Assembly: GCA_025201805.1 (NCBI GenBank)
Contig: MU619305.1
Location: 3,839-67,838, forward strand
Length of the DNA stretch: 64,000 bases
Origin: Parasitella parasitica NRRL 2501
Lineage: Eukaryota > Fungi > Mucoromycota
Direction: 5' to 3'
Part shown: positions 37,768 through 51,000 of the stretch, one piece after another
Layout: each line of letters begins with the position of its first letter
How positions within the stretch are numbered: position 1 is the first letter of the stretch
Position numbers and translations under genes: made by a program
The notes under the pieces: model-generated
The model's input: the letters and a program-made list of their open reading frames with translations, nothing else
Database searches by the model: none
What the model was told of the DNA's origin: nothing

Positions 37768-40087
37768 GAAAAGGAGCGCGAATCTGCTATACCTTGTGTC
37801 TTTAATGAAAAATGAAAAGAGAGTTTTGCCCTATTCCTAGTTTTCTAACTGTAAAACTGTATTTATCATTTAAATTTCTTTCCTTTACTAATAAATATTT
37901 AATAAACAAATACAAGTTTGTATGCTAATACTTGAAGTGAAAAGCATATCTTAGTGCTGATTAAATAATAGTAGAGTAGATGGTTCTCAAAAGATTTAAA
38001 GCTGACGAGATAGAAACCATGTGCAAATGTTTGGTGTTTTATTATGGTTTAATCTGAATGAATAGACCTAGTCTTGCACTAGTTACAAAATTCTTTCAAA
38101 AACTGAAATGTTGATTGACAGCATATGGGATCAAATCAGGATTATACGCCTTCAAAAGCCAAAACAAGTTTAGGGTAGTCCAATCTTGAACAAAAACCCA
38201 TCCTCTGAGCAATTTGGTAATAGATAAGCGATATTTACAGATGAGCAATGGCGAATTTATCTCAAGTACGATATGCTGGTTTGGAAAAAAACAAAAGTGC
38301 AAAGCTTGAAACCTTTGGCCAATCAAATTACTTCAAAGTAGCTGCACACACAAACTTTTTTTTTATATATGTCTTGCCATTATTTGTGCTGATCTGGACT
38401 CTATTATCAGGAGTCTTGGGCCTTATTAGATACTCAAGTGCAGGTAAGTTTATTTAGTCAAGGAGGTTATTGCTTGATTATGGCGCGAAAGTGGGGAATT
38501 AGATATATGAAAGATTATTAAAGGAAATTTAATATAGAGGAGATCTGACGAAGAAAACCTTTCTTAGTTAATAAAAAAAGTTTTTTTTTTCCAAGTATGA
38601 TGGTATAATAATAACGAAGATTTACGAAAGAAAACAATAGCAAGATTAGCTGCAGATGAGATTTTTATTTCAAGAAGAGGAATATATGATCAGTAGATAG
38701 ATAAGATAACTATCGACGAATATCTCTGAAATATCAAAAACTAATGGGTATTCATAATAAATTATAGGACTTAATAAATCTTTTATTGCTACTATGACTC
38801 AAATTGCAATGAAAGTTAAAAGTGAAAATGTGAGCTTCATTCTAATATATTCAAATTTACAGATGTAGTGCCCCAAGTCTGATTCAGGCACTAAATCCTT
38901 GCTCTCTTATTGGCTCATATTAATCACCGCTTTTTTTTTATCAACGTAACAAGAGCATATACAATCGTATCACTATCACAATATGCATATTTTCTAGCCC
39001 TAATTTATTCAGTAATATCACTATTTCATCAATGATCGGTGAAAAATGGCTTGGAGAGGTCCCATGTGGTAAACCCCTCTTGGCACCAGTTGTCTTTAAT
39101 TTTTTTCTCTATACCATTTAGTTTTGAAACTTGCTGAGAAAGTGCAAATGAGTCATTTGCTGAGCAATTGCGTTGACAGAAATAGCTTTGCCTACTGACT
39201 GCAAAGCAAATACTGCGGACATGATTTCTATAGTAGAGTTGGAATCGATAGAATATATGTACCATCTTTAGAACGTGTATCTCTATCGATTTTGGAGGTA
39301 GACATATTGAAGATATTTTGCCCTACTATTTTGTTTCATTTTGTTGTTATTGTTCAAGCCTTTTTCTATTATTGTGGTAATTGGCTAGTTATTATCTTTT
39401 TCATCGAAGTCTTTTCCTATGAGCGTAAATCGCCCAGGAAGTTTCATATTCTTGGAGCGTAGATCTTTGAATAAATGTTTGAGATAAACGAGGTTTGCCA
39501 ACACTTAACACAATTTACCGTGAGTTGATCAAAAACAAAAATAGTATAAGCCAGTAGTCAGAAGAAATGGTGTTATTTTCGCCCTAGTGGTTTCCACATA
39601 AAAAGCACTGCATAGATAATATAATATCGAAAATAAAACATAATGGGTATGTCCTAGAAACAAAAACAAGTTTAAGCAAAGGTATTTGAATTAGTCTTTT
39701 AAAAAAAAGTTCGCCATTTATTGTAAAGCCATCGACATTTATACTTTTAGTATCAAGGGTGGCCTCATCAGAATTGGGTGGATTTCTTATGTTTTTCACT
39801 TGAATAAGTCCTTTTTTTTTTGGTGGAATGAATAATAGCTAAAATATGATTAATTAGTTTTTCTCTGAACAAAATGCATACATTAGTAATTAAAAGTAAC
39901 AATAATAGTAGTGGTAGAATGTTACGTAGCGATCATAAAACTAATACTTAACTATCTTCATTTCCATACAGCGCTGAACTATCAATAACAATAAAATAAT
40001 TAAAACTATATCGATACCACTACGTATTACTTACTTGTTACAATGACTCTACTTGACCGAATGACACACGAATTGTATAAAAGCGAC

Positions 40088-40513
40088 GAACATTAATCCT
40101 GGAACCACGTCCGATAGTTTGGTTGTGTTAAGAAGATCCTAAAGGAAGGCTATGGTCATGGCATGGGAAACCATCAAAGTCCACAGGATTAATCTGACTG
40201 GGAGCATATACCACAACAAGTCCCAAGGGTATATGCTAGCCGATGGTTAACCCAACTTCATACCTGGGTTCAAGTCAGGTCTCTTCAATTCATGCGTCTC
40301 TTATCTCAATGAACATTAATACTGGAACCACGTCCGATAGTTCGGTTGTGTTAAGAAGATCCTAAAGGAAGGCTATGGTCATGGCATGGGAAACCATCAA
40401 AGTCCACAGGATTAATCTGACTGGGAGCATATACCACAACAAGTCCCAAGGGTATATGCTAGCCGATGGTTAACCCAACTTCATACCTGGGTTCAAGTCA
40501 GATTGAGATAAGA
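40088..40513. repeat. Two 191-bp direct repeats (40088-40278, 40311-40501), hairpin-rich
   Basis: The copies differ at 2 positions and have a 32-bp spacer; copy 2 is bracketed by the 12-bp inverted repeat tcttatctcaat/attgagataaga. Confidence 0.95.
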
Positions 40514-40612
40514 ATAAAGAAGTGTGGTCAAAGTTTCATTTTGTTGACAAATACTTGAACCCTACAGCTGGTGACGTAATAGGCTGCGCACTTCACTATT
40601 CAACAACAAAAC

Positions 40613-42100
40613 ATGCCAGCCACTAGGAAAACCTCTTCTTACACTACCAAGAAGACCTGAGTCCCATCTCCAATCCAAAAGTGAAAGAATAGAGTGATTG
40701 ATAAGCACTCAAAAGAACGCATCATTGAAAAATTCTTTGATGATGATTTGAGCAAAGCATAAGTAGCAAAGTTGTTCAAGCTTAATTGGAGCACTGTAGA
40801 TGGCATGTTTATGTTGAGCGAGGAACATTAGAAAATTTGCCAAGAGGAGAAAGAAAGGACTTGTTAAACTTAGAGAAGAGCATTCCGAATTCCTAAGTGA
40901 TGTATATTGGACGAAGACTATTAATTGACATTAGGAATCATGAAAAACAGGCTGTCTGATGTATACGCACTGCTATATCTTTACTATATCAATTCCTTCA
41001 AGTACTGAGAATATATTATGATTGTATCAGAATAATATCTCAACTGTCACTGGATATCGTAATATCTCGGCTGCCATGACATCAACAAGATATGCGGACT
41101 TACTCAAATGTCAAGGTACAAACAAACTATTTGATATGTTCATCAGCTAGTTCATCAACAGTAACAACATACTATCACATTGATCTGTTGATTATTACAG
41201 TTACCATCTCAGTTGTAGTAAAATAATTGAAAATATAAATACCCTGTATTTATATCATAATAAACGACATACTTCTTGTATTGTTCGGATAAAGCTGAAA
41301 GCTATGAATTATTACAAGTCTCTTTTTATTGTATTGAAATATACATCACTATCGGAAAGGTTCCCTAATCTTGTTGAAAAGGTAATATCTATTCTACAAA
41401 TCCACCGACACATTCGTCAAATCATAGGCTTTACTTTGAAGAGAACAAAACCAGTCGAAGAGAAAAAAAAAATCCCCTGAAGTAATTCAAAGCAGACCGT
41501 ACTTCGTCCGTAAACTTCAAGATCTTGGTATATCCTACAAGACGAATTGCATCTTCGTTGATGAAGCTGGATTCAACTCTAACTTGATTCGTGGAAAAGG
41601 GTATTCAATGAAAGAGAAGATGCAATTTTTAAGACGAAAACAAGAGAGCCCTAAATATGACCATTCTAGCAGCCATATCATACCAAGGTGTCGAGGATGT
41701 CACAGCAAAAATGGTCAAAGTTGGTACGAATTCAGAGCTTTTTCTTGAATTTATAAAGCAGATCGTTGCAAATCTGGATAGAAGTAAAGTGGCCTCATTA
41801 CTTTATAGTGGACAATGCTCGTATACATACCGCTGAAATTGATTAAAAAATATTTTAGATATGAAACAAGGCATCATATTCACTTTTTTCCAGCATACAG
41901 TCCATTTTTAAATACTATTGGAGAGTGTTTCTCTAAATTGAAAGGCTTGGTCAGAAGAAAACCTGGATTGCATGCTGAAGAGCTCGTAAATTTATAAAGA
42001 ATCCAGTAAACAAATAGTTATAATTGCTAAGGTTGGGTTGATCTTGGCATCACTTTTTTAAATAAATGCCTAGATGAAGACGAACTTTACCGAGTCTAAT
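40613..42100 (+). pseudogene. Tc1/IS630-like DDE transposase pseudogene
   Basis: HTH-like KERIIEKFFDDDLSKA*VAKLFKLNWSTV, GFTLKRTKP, CIFVDEAGFN, FIVDNARIH, FFPAYSPFLNTIG (catalytic E replaced by G); stops, frameshifts and an insertion. Confidence 0.88.
40960..41351 (+). mobile_element. Solo-LTR-like insertion with near-perfect 5-bp TSD
   Basis: Starts TGTATA with TATACA near the end; TATAAAT and AATAAA inside; flanked by TCTGA/TCGGA; removing it restores the transposase reading LSERFP. Confidence 0.65.
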
Positions 42101-42562
42101 AAAATTCGATTTTCTTGTGTCTGAATGAAAAATCCGGAGATATATCATATAACAGTATTACGCTATATACGACAATATCTGCGGATTAACGTTAAGTTCA
42201 AACGTAGTATAATTTATGTATATATAATGAGTTAGTCATGGATAGTTAACTACAATCGCAAGAGTAACGAAAACCACATAAATAATTTGAAATAAGAGAA
42301 AAGGGAAAGCCTGAAAAAAAGACGTGCAAGATGGTATTTATTTCAGCGTACAGTGCTGGTCAGTGTGAAAAGGAGAAGAGGAAGTAATAATGTCTGTGTT
42401 AGAATTCTACAATGTTCCAGTATGTTCCTAGTTAGGAACAACCTTTGAAACGCTGTCTATGGCTTTAGACACTACAGAAGGGTTGTATGCAAGGAAAATG
42501 ATAAAATGAGAGATGAAAAATGCCACACTTTTAATATTTTCAGTGAACGTAAAATCTATATA

Positions 42563-44602
42563 ATGGGAATTGAAGACTACAAATATCCGTATAAAGGGAA
42601 AGACATCAGTTTAAATTATTTTTCCAAGTACCCAACTCCCAGGTGGTCAAAAGATTATTTCGCAGAATGGATGGAAGAAAATAAAACACGAAAATCCAAA
42701 CATGGCGTCGTAACAACAATCTATTTGGATGCTCTTAAGAAAATAAGTAAAAATGAAGCCATTCCCATTTTCGTGAAACGCTTTGTGAATAACTTGATCG
42801 AGGAGGTATTCAGAATATATGCCAAATACAATCCATACAAAATCGAGCGGCTGATTTGTTTTCTTTATTGTTTAGCAAACCAAGGATATGGGATCAAAAG
42901 AAGCGAAGTCTGTGAATTACAACCTTATCGGAAACAAATCTATATCAATTGGTGACAATAATGTCATCAACAATGTAAATATACGCATTCATATTTATAT
43001 ATCCATTAAAAGTATATTAAATCTAACTACTGTTAATTATGTCTAATTAAAGAAATATAATGTGGAGAAAGAGGATAGTGAAAAAGAGCAAGAAGAGCAA
43101 GAGGAGCAAGAAGAGCAAGAGGAAATTGAGGAGGACTTCCCGTCTGATCTGACTATCGACCATCATCCCCAACGAACAGCAGATTATTGTATCCTTCATG
43201 ATGACTCTGAAGAAATAGAAAATCAAAGCGATGACGATGATTGGATTATTGGGAATTTTGATGTATCTGCAACATGTAAATCGGTGAAAGGAAATACATT
43301 AGGTTTAAAAAAGAATCCAGCTAGTCTTTCAGATATCAGACTCCTGTAAGAAGAGAAAAATGCCTAAGTATGAATATGATCGACTCACAGTATTTTATTT
43401 CATAGATCACTTAATGACATATATATCTTCGATGAAAATATTGATGGTTCTGTAACTAAATATTTTGGAGCGGAATTGCATAAGGTGGTAATGACTGATA
43501 TCAGCTTTGACTGTTACCGCCCTCACAAGCCAAACAAATCACATGTTTGGTGTCTCGAAATTGCTGAAGTAAGTTGATACTATAAGTTTTGGATGCATGT
43601 GTTGTGATGACTAATGGACTTTTTTGTCTGAAGAATTCTCCTGATGATTTAAAGTCAACATTGAAGTTATGTACCGATTTTTTAATTCAAGCGATTGAAC
43701 AAGACAATGAGGTCGATTTACATATGGCTCATGCTTTGACGCAGTTGTAAATATACATAAACACCAACATATGTTATAATTGAGTTATTGATAGATATGC
43801 ATTTATTTAGATTACCTGTGTTTGTTGCTGGTTCTCATGATTTTTCGATCGAAGACTCTTATGTACACCATTATTTAGCACCCATACTTCAGTCAATTTA
43901 TAGTACGGATAAGAAATTCACTGTTCGATGGTGAGTTAGCAGCTTTTGTGGAAATAGTTGACTAATCTACATGAATTTGATGCATTTTCATAGGGCCAAT
44001 GGCGCTTTAAACGAAGACTCGACATTTAAACCTGACTTTCAGGTCTTTAGCCGCATCATTAATATTAGATGTATCGTTATTGTCGCAGAATTCAAACCCA
44101 AGTCTCGTACTTCAGCCGTAGAATCTGATTTGATCAAATTAGGAAAACAGATGAAACTTGTGTACAATGACTTGGTAGGGAAAAGAGTACCTAAACCTAC
44201 AGTTTGCGGGCTGTTGTGTCAAGGCGAAAATTTAAACACATATGTAATGGATATGCCATCTCCTTACATATATCGAATGGTGAAGTTATCAAAGGTTACT
44301 TTATGCAGAAACATCGAAGAATTACATTTATTACCTGCCTTCATTTCTAAGCTTATTCAAGTTAAAGTAAGAACAAAGTGTTTGATTAAAACGTTTATAA
44401 CTTGCTAACCTTAATTTCTTTTATAATTTCTAAACAATATAAACAGAATATCACTCTTGAAAATGTAAAAAAAGCAGAAGATTACATTATAACAGCAAAC
44501 AGTTCAATGCACCGTCAACCATGCAGTCCTCCGGAATCGTGGCTTTCCTATAGTTCATGTCAACTAACAAGATCAAGCAAAAAAAGAAAACAGAGTGAAT
44601 GA
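42563..44602 (+). CDS. Intact 8-exon PD-(D/E)XK restriction-endonuclease-like gene (copy 2)
   Basis: Seven GT-AG introns join one open frame: MGIEDYKYP...acidic tract...SDIRLL|SLNDIYIF...SIEDSYVHHYLAPIL...RW|ANG...FKPDFQV...IVAEFKPK...SDLIKLGKQMK...CGLLCQG...IQVK|...KKRKQSE. Confidence 0.8.
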
Positions 44603-45334
44603 CCAAGTAATTTTTTAAAAAACCACCAAGCCAACTACAATTCGGTGTTGAAAACACCATATGCCATACAAAAATTGTGTTGTTCGTAACCATTCAAATT
44701 CAAGCTTTGATCTTACAGAATTAATTCGGGAAGCTTATCATCCTCACCAGTGTATATTTATATTATAGAATGGACTAGAGTTTTATTCGTAATTAGTAAA
44801 AGTTGGGAGTATACCAACCAAAATTGAAAAGTGCAATATCCCACTTTTTTTACCCAAACGTGCCAAAATCATAACACTATGAGAATAATCTCTATTTAAC
44901 CTTGTTGTTTGCTACCTTTTCTTACTAAATAACTTTTTTTTGTTCATGTCCGGTGTATATTCAAAGAATTTTGAAAAGGAATTATATCATAACATTTCGA
45001 GATTTGACATTTTGAATGGTTTGCTGGACATGGCCTTTGACTGCAAAAAATTTATCACGCTTCATTTTTCCTTTGACGAGAGATTAGATTAGCTGATTAA
45101 ATATTTATTTATTTGATTACTATATTGCATATTAGTGATTTGAAAGAGAGCTTTTAATGACTCTCTTGTATAATAGTTAAACTTTTTAGCACATTATATA
45201 CATATATACACAATTAATGTGTATGGACTCCATTTTGAAAGTGGGCGGTGATGGGGTAATAAATTGAGTACTTACGGTGTGTAATACGTCATGACACATT
45301 CAAGGATGATCTTCGATATATGATAACGTCTGTG

Positions 45335-45619
45335 CTAGTATTCTTCTCTGTTACAATTTGGAATCCAAATGATGTGATCTGAGCAAGTGGGTTTTGACAC
45401 AGACGATACCAAATAGCTTATGAATACACAAATCATAGATACTGTCACCAGTATAGCAAACAGAATAACTCTATGTCGCTGTTGTCGTATAAGCTGGTGA
45501 TATAGTACTATTGCAGAGTGATCTGCTGCTGCTTGCCCTTGTTCTTCTCTTCTTCTGCTCGTTGCTATGGCTGCTATTGACTGATAGTTGCTCTCTAAAT
45601 CGGGATTAACTGTTGACAT
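45335..45619 (-). CDS. Small single-pass membrane protein, function unknown
   Basis: 94-aa ORF with aaaATG start, one hydrophobic segment (VILFAILVTVSMICVFISYLV) and a C-terminal Cys pair. Confidence 0.5.
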   Translation of the reverse strand: MSTVNPDLESNYQSIAAIATSRRREEQGQAAADHSAIVLYHQLIRQQRHRVILFAILVTVSMICVFISYLVSSVSKPTCSDHIIWIPNCNREEY

Positions 45620-46546
45620 TTTTGCAAAGACGAAAGAAAACGAGCAACAGAAAAAGAAGGAGTAATAAAAAAGGGTTTGTTTTCATCTCGTGCCTGATAA
45701 AATTACACTATTCCAATACGAGTGTAATCTTCATGCACATTACTCTACCAGTATCTGGGTTTCAACAAACTTTGACTTTGAGACAAGGTATACCTGCTAC
45801 TGCTAGATTGTTTCGTTTATTTGGTCGTTGAAGTACAAATAATCAACTACGAGTATAGGCCAAGAAACAGTATCTATTTGAATATTGCTAATTTTTATAG
45901 AACAATAATGGCTATCTATGAGTTTTACGGATTATCTATTCAGTGTGCATTTACCACGCAGCTAAGGACTAGAGTAGAAATGCGTGCTACAATAAAGCCA
46001 AGCTGTCATATAAACTAGGCTTCATAGCATCGCAGGACAATGATTGCATGATTGCATTTGGTGTGTGTCTTATGACCTTCTGGATGGTCGATTTTGTGAG
46101 ATAACTCAATATGATACGTCAATGTGGAAAAAAATAGTCAGCGGCGGCAGCGACTTTGACATTTGCACTCAGTTAAAGTTAATGATGGAAGAATAAGGTT
46201 AAAAACAATGCCAATAAATGATAGTTTTGATGAATCTAAGACAATTTTTGCTTTCGAGGTTCATTAATCGCAGTTAAAACAGCAGCTATTTATCAAATTT
46301 TGAATGATTGATATTTGATCACTTCCAATTGACTTGACTAATTAATTGAAGCGGATTTGTCTATTAGGCTCATGATTTATTGCAAGGACACATATGCTAA
46401 TATTCTAAAATGGCAAAGAAGTCAGATATGAGTTCGAAAACATAAGAAAAAGGTTTCACTTGATGATAAATGTCAAAAGAAAAAATAAAATAAAATGTGA
46501 AAAAATCCTCTTCTTTACTATATTTATTTTTAACTGAAAAAAGAAA

Positions 46547-47320
46547 ATGAGTAGAAGAGGATCATTAGCAATATCAGCTTTGTTGAATGAAGATGCGACC
46601 GATCCGGTAAAGAATGAACAGCGTTTTCCTAGTGAATCATTGTCATCTATCAAAAGCGGTTCAGCATCCCCCAGATTGCCCTTGCAGCAGCATCACGAAC
46701 GAGAGCAGCACCTTGCGCTAAATCAATCACAACTCACAAAAGCCAAAAGAAAGAGAATATCTCCAGCGCAATATAATCGATTGGTGGAAATATTTGATCA
46801 AACAGATACCCCAAGCTCAGAGATCAGAGAGAATTTAGCCATTGAGCTGAACATGACCAAAAGAGAGGTGCAGGTACATAACAAAATTTGAAGAAAAAGT
46901 TTGCTTTGTTCACACATCCAATGACAGGTTTGGTTTCAAAACAGACGAGCTAAAGTGAATCGCTCAAAGAATATGAACAAGAGACAGCGACATGCTTCAT
47001 TGATACCGTATACAAACAATTTCTATCGCTCAAATCGCTTAAACCCAAGAAGAACATCTGCTCACCTTATACTTGAAAACAACAATGCCTTTGAACAGCA
47101 TCCACAGTTATATCTTCAACAGCCCTATCCTCCCAACTACAATGACAGACTGTGTCCAATTGCACCAATACCAATGCCAGCAAATCCAACTCAAGAAGAA
47201 GGCGTTCATCATCCCTTACAGCCAAGCCATTTCTATAGTCCGTATCAACAACATAAGCCGTCTGCTATTGATTTATTAGCTTCAGCAGCAGAGTATGTTC
47301 GAACTGATTCAAAATCATGA
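46547..47320 (+). CDS. Homeodomain transcription factor (2 exons)
   Basis: KAKRKRISPAQYNRLVEIF...REVQ|VWFQNRRAK; LAISALLN and IDLLASAA motifs. Confidence 0.9.
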
Positions 47321-48082
47321 TTTTTTTTTTATGTACTGTATATAAATCAAGGGTCTACATTGTTCTGTCGCATGAATTTTTAGCACACATACTTTTGTAA
47401 TACAATATTTTCGGAAAGCCTTGTTTCACTGTTGAAAGTCAAGCACAAATAATCTGTCTTACAGATGCGCCAGTGAGTAAAATATTTCTAATTAATACCG
47501 AGTGAAAGATGTTACTTGACCCACTTGAAAACTGCCTTCTAGCTGGTATCTAGTTTTCTTTATTTGCCGTGTAAATCACTTTCACGAAAGCAATATGGCC
47601 ATAAACATAACGTATCGCATGGTGCTAGAACAGGTTAAGCCTTTAGCTGATTCAATATCTGTTGAAGTTAATTTGAACTGTATGATATCATGGCATGTCC
47701 AAATGCTGATGTTTACAAATATCCAAAATAAAACGGTTGCCTATAAATAGAGTTATGGCTCAGCGACTCAAGGGTGCTCCATTTCACTGTATTACTTTAT
47801 ACAAAAAGGATCTTGTCATATACCTAAATACACGTATTTTAGTTGCACGACATCCTTAGCATTGATGAAATGATGGCTTGATTCTCACGTAAATTTTTTA
47901 TCTGGGCAACATAATCCAATGTTTCATTTTAACCAGCCAATCATCTCGACATACAATCCGCTTTTCTTGAACTGAAAAAAATTATACTCTTATTCCTTTT
48001 TTTTTTCTTAACACGTTTGTTTCTGTTTTTTTGCAGTAGAAGAGAAAGAAAGCTTCGAAGCTAGAGAAAATAGTCATTCATC

Positions 48083-51000
48083 ATGGACGAAGACCAAGGT
48101 ACGTGTACTTTTCTAATAAAAAAAAAAGAAAAAAAGAGAAAGAAAAATACTAATATTTACATGTAGAAATATGTAGGGTCTGTAGAAGTGAGTCTACGCT
48201 TGATCATCCTCTTTATCACCCTTGTAAATGTTCTGGTAGTATTCGTTTTGTCCACGAAGATTGGTACGAATGATATCATCATTTGTGTAGTGTTTATACT
48301 GACTTTCCAACCATCCTATAGCTTAATTGAATGGTTATCGCACAGTAAGAAAAAGTAAGGAGCAAAACACACACACAAAAGGAGTAGCTTGTATGAATCT
48401 ACATACTAAACTTTTTGGTGCTAGGTACTGTGAGCTGTGCGAGTATCCATTTACATTTTCGCCCATTTACCGAGATGATATGCCAGAAAAAGTGCCTTTT
48501 TTTGTGCTTGTATCTCAACTGATATATCGCATTGCTTTCTTGTTGAAATCTGCGTTCAGAGGCCTCATCGTGCTCATCGTGTGGCTGATTATACTGCCAA
48601 ATTTCACCCTTTGGACCTGGAGATTTTATTTTTGGAGTGGTGAAAACATTGGATTTAATGCCCACTCTTCAGACTTGATATCTACGACTTCCACGACCAC
48701 AGCTGCTACAAACGACACTTTGACTGACCAACAGCAGCAAGACGCAGCTTTTGTCATCATGACTTTAAAAGGCTTTTTGAGCGACTGCTTAGAGGGACAA
48801 GTTATTACTGCGTTTGTCATTGTCATTTTTGTCGCAGCTTACTTGTTCAGAGAATGGGTTATGCAAAATCTCCCAGCGGAACAGCCCGACATTGCAGACA
48901 ATAATGTTCGGAATCAGCTCAATAACAACAACAATCCCGCCATCAATAATGAGCAAATCGTTCAGGATCAATTTGCTATCGATACACTACTTAATGCTAT
49001 GCAAGTCATTAATCCCCCCAATGAAAACAACAATAATCATATTGGCGATAACCAAGATCAGCGCATGCGCCGTCAATTGAATCGATTGCGAGACGAGCTA
49101 GAGAATGAAATGGCAGAGAGAAACCATACTGACAACCAATCGCTTGCGTGGTCTTCTTCGCTGGATCACAGAATTGTCCATGACGACGAGAATCAGCTCT
49201 TTGGCGGTATCGATGGGTTGGGAGCTGGTTCGCCATCATCATCTGCTGTTGCTTTACAAAGACCAGCACCAAATTATCCAAATTATAATAGGAACGAGGG
49301 GCCATACCGTGTATATAGGGTAGAGCGGCCCAATCTGCGCAGCCATCAACACACGAATCATCGTCGCATGGAACAGCAAGAACATGATGACCAGCTCAAC
49401 ATATTCAATCACTCTCACTTTGAGCATGACGAGTTGGTGGCCGAGGATAGATGGCCGTCCATGAATCAATTTGATGATTACGACGACGATGAATGGGAAG
49501 ATGACAATAACAGCTTACCTGATTTAATTGATCGTCAGGGTCAAGCTCATAATCAAGAACGTGATCAGGCTATTGCTGATATGTTGAGAGAGCGCTTTGG
49601 CGATGGGATGAATGGACCTTTTATGGCAGCAGTTATACGGGATATTAGAGATAATCCACAGGGAGAACAGCCAGTGCAGGCGGCCATGGATAGATTGGCC
49701 GCTGCTGCTGATGCTGCAGTCGCTGCAGATGCTGCAGCCGCTGCAGTGGAGGATGATGAGCCACTTGACGTCGGTGATGATATTAATGGTGTTCTTGAAG
49801 CTATTGGCATGAGAGGAAATCCTTGGATGTTGATACAGAACTCTGTGCTGATGTCGCTAATGATTAGCTTGTGCCTTGGTGTAGCAGTTTGGATCCCTTA
49901 TGTGATTGGCCGTCTTGTTATCCTGGTCCGCCCTGTTAGCTTTATTGAAACACCTATCTACATAATGAGGCTAATCACTGATCCGCTCGTAGATTTCGTC
50001 TTGGATTTGTGCATACCGTTCATTTGGGCTCATATTGGAGATACTGTCAAGTCTCTTTTGCCTCAAAATATACTTGCAGTACTCAGGACAGCTCGAGATC
50101 AAGTTCTTCAAGCCTTGAGTGGCGATATGGACAATGAAACGTTGGTTGTAAAGTCGGCCGCACCATCCATGCTGGACATGACGGCCTCTACAACTGGTAA
50201 AGCAGGCGGTGCAGATAGCTTGATGTTGAACATGGACTGGGGATTGATTCAGACAAAGGTAGAGACGTATAGCTCGCTCGCGCTTACAAGGTGGCATCGA
50301 TTTGCCACTGGCCAAACTACCCTAGATCGCAGTATGTGTATTTTTGTTGGATATCTTGTGCTGGTTGGATTGGGGTCATGGTACTTGACTCATGGCAGGA
50401 GAAGCAGAGCAAACCGCCGTAACGGCGGACGCAATGCAGCATCAGCAGGCGAGACTATCCAAGACATAATCCGTCAACAGGGTATCTTTTTAAAGGTTCT
50501 GATGTTTATACTGATTGAGCTGGTCGTGTTTCCTACTGTTTGCGGCTTTTTGCTCGATATGTCTACATTACCTTTATTCGCCAATGCCTCTGTTTCGTCA
50601 CGTTACGCTTTTCACGTAAAAAGTCCTTACTCATCGTATTTCCTGCACTGGTTCCTGGGTACAGGCGTCTTGTTCTACTTTGCCATATTCATCACTGTTT
50701 GTCGAGAGATTATCCGTCCTGGCGTAATGTGGTTTATCAGAGACCCTAATGACCCTCAGTTTCACCCAGTGCAAGAAATGGTAGAAAGACCTTTGCCCAA
50801 TTTGCTGCACAAAATTAGCCAGTCTGCGTTGATTTACTCTGTGATGCTCGTATTTGGTGTAGGCACTGTTACTTACTCTCTGGCCTATACCGGCGTTGTA
50901 TTTCCATTGCGTTTGCCATTCAATACACCCTTATCTACTTTGGCAATTGATCTCTTGATCATTCAGTTCTTGCTACCTCCCTTGGTCGCTCTTATCAAGC

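Larger units (their letters stand above)
40565..44752 (+). mobile_element. Putative ~4.2-kb Tc1/IS630-like element: dead transposase plus nuclease-like cargo gene
   Basis: Left end TA|cagctggtgacgtaataggct; the right end read on the minus strand is TA|cactggtgaggatgataagct (degenerate TIRs); both genes lie inside. Confidence 0.55.

Noticed and set aside
39029-39265. Short minus-strand ORF as a gene or transposase relic
   Set aside because: No recognisable motif or splice structure.
40088-40501. CRISPR array, tRNA or hammerhead ribozyme
   Set aside because: Only two long units; no cloverleaf or anticodon arm; no CUGANGA core seen on either strand.
42563-44602. Fanzor/TnpB RNA-guided nuclease
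   Set aside because: No RuvC D-E-D motifs or Zn finger recognised; the motifs are PD-(D/E)XK-like.
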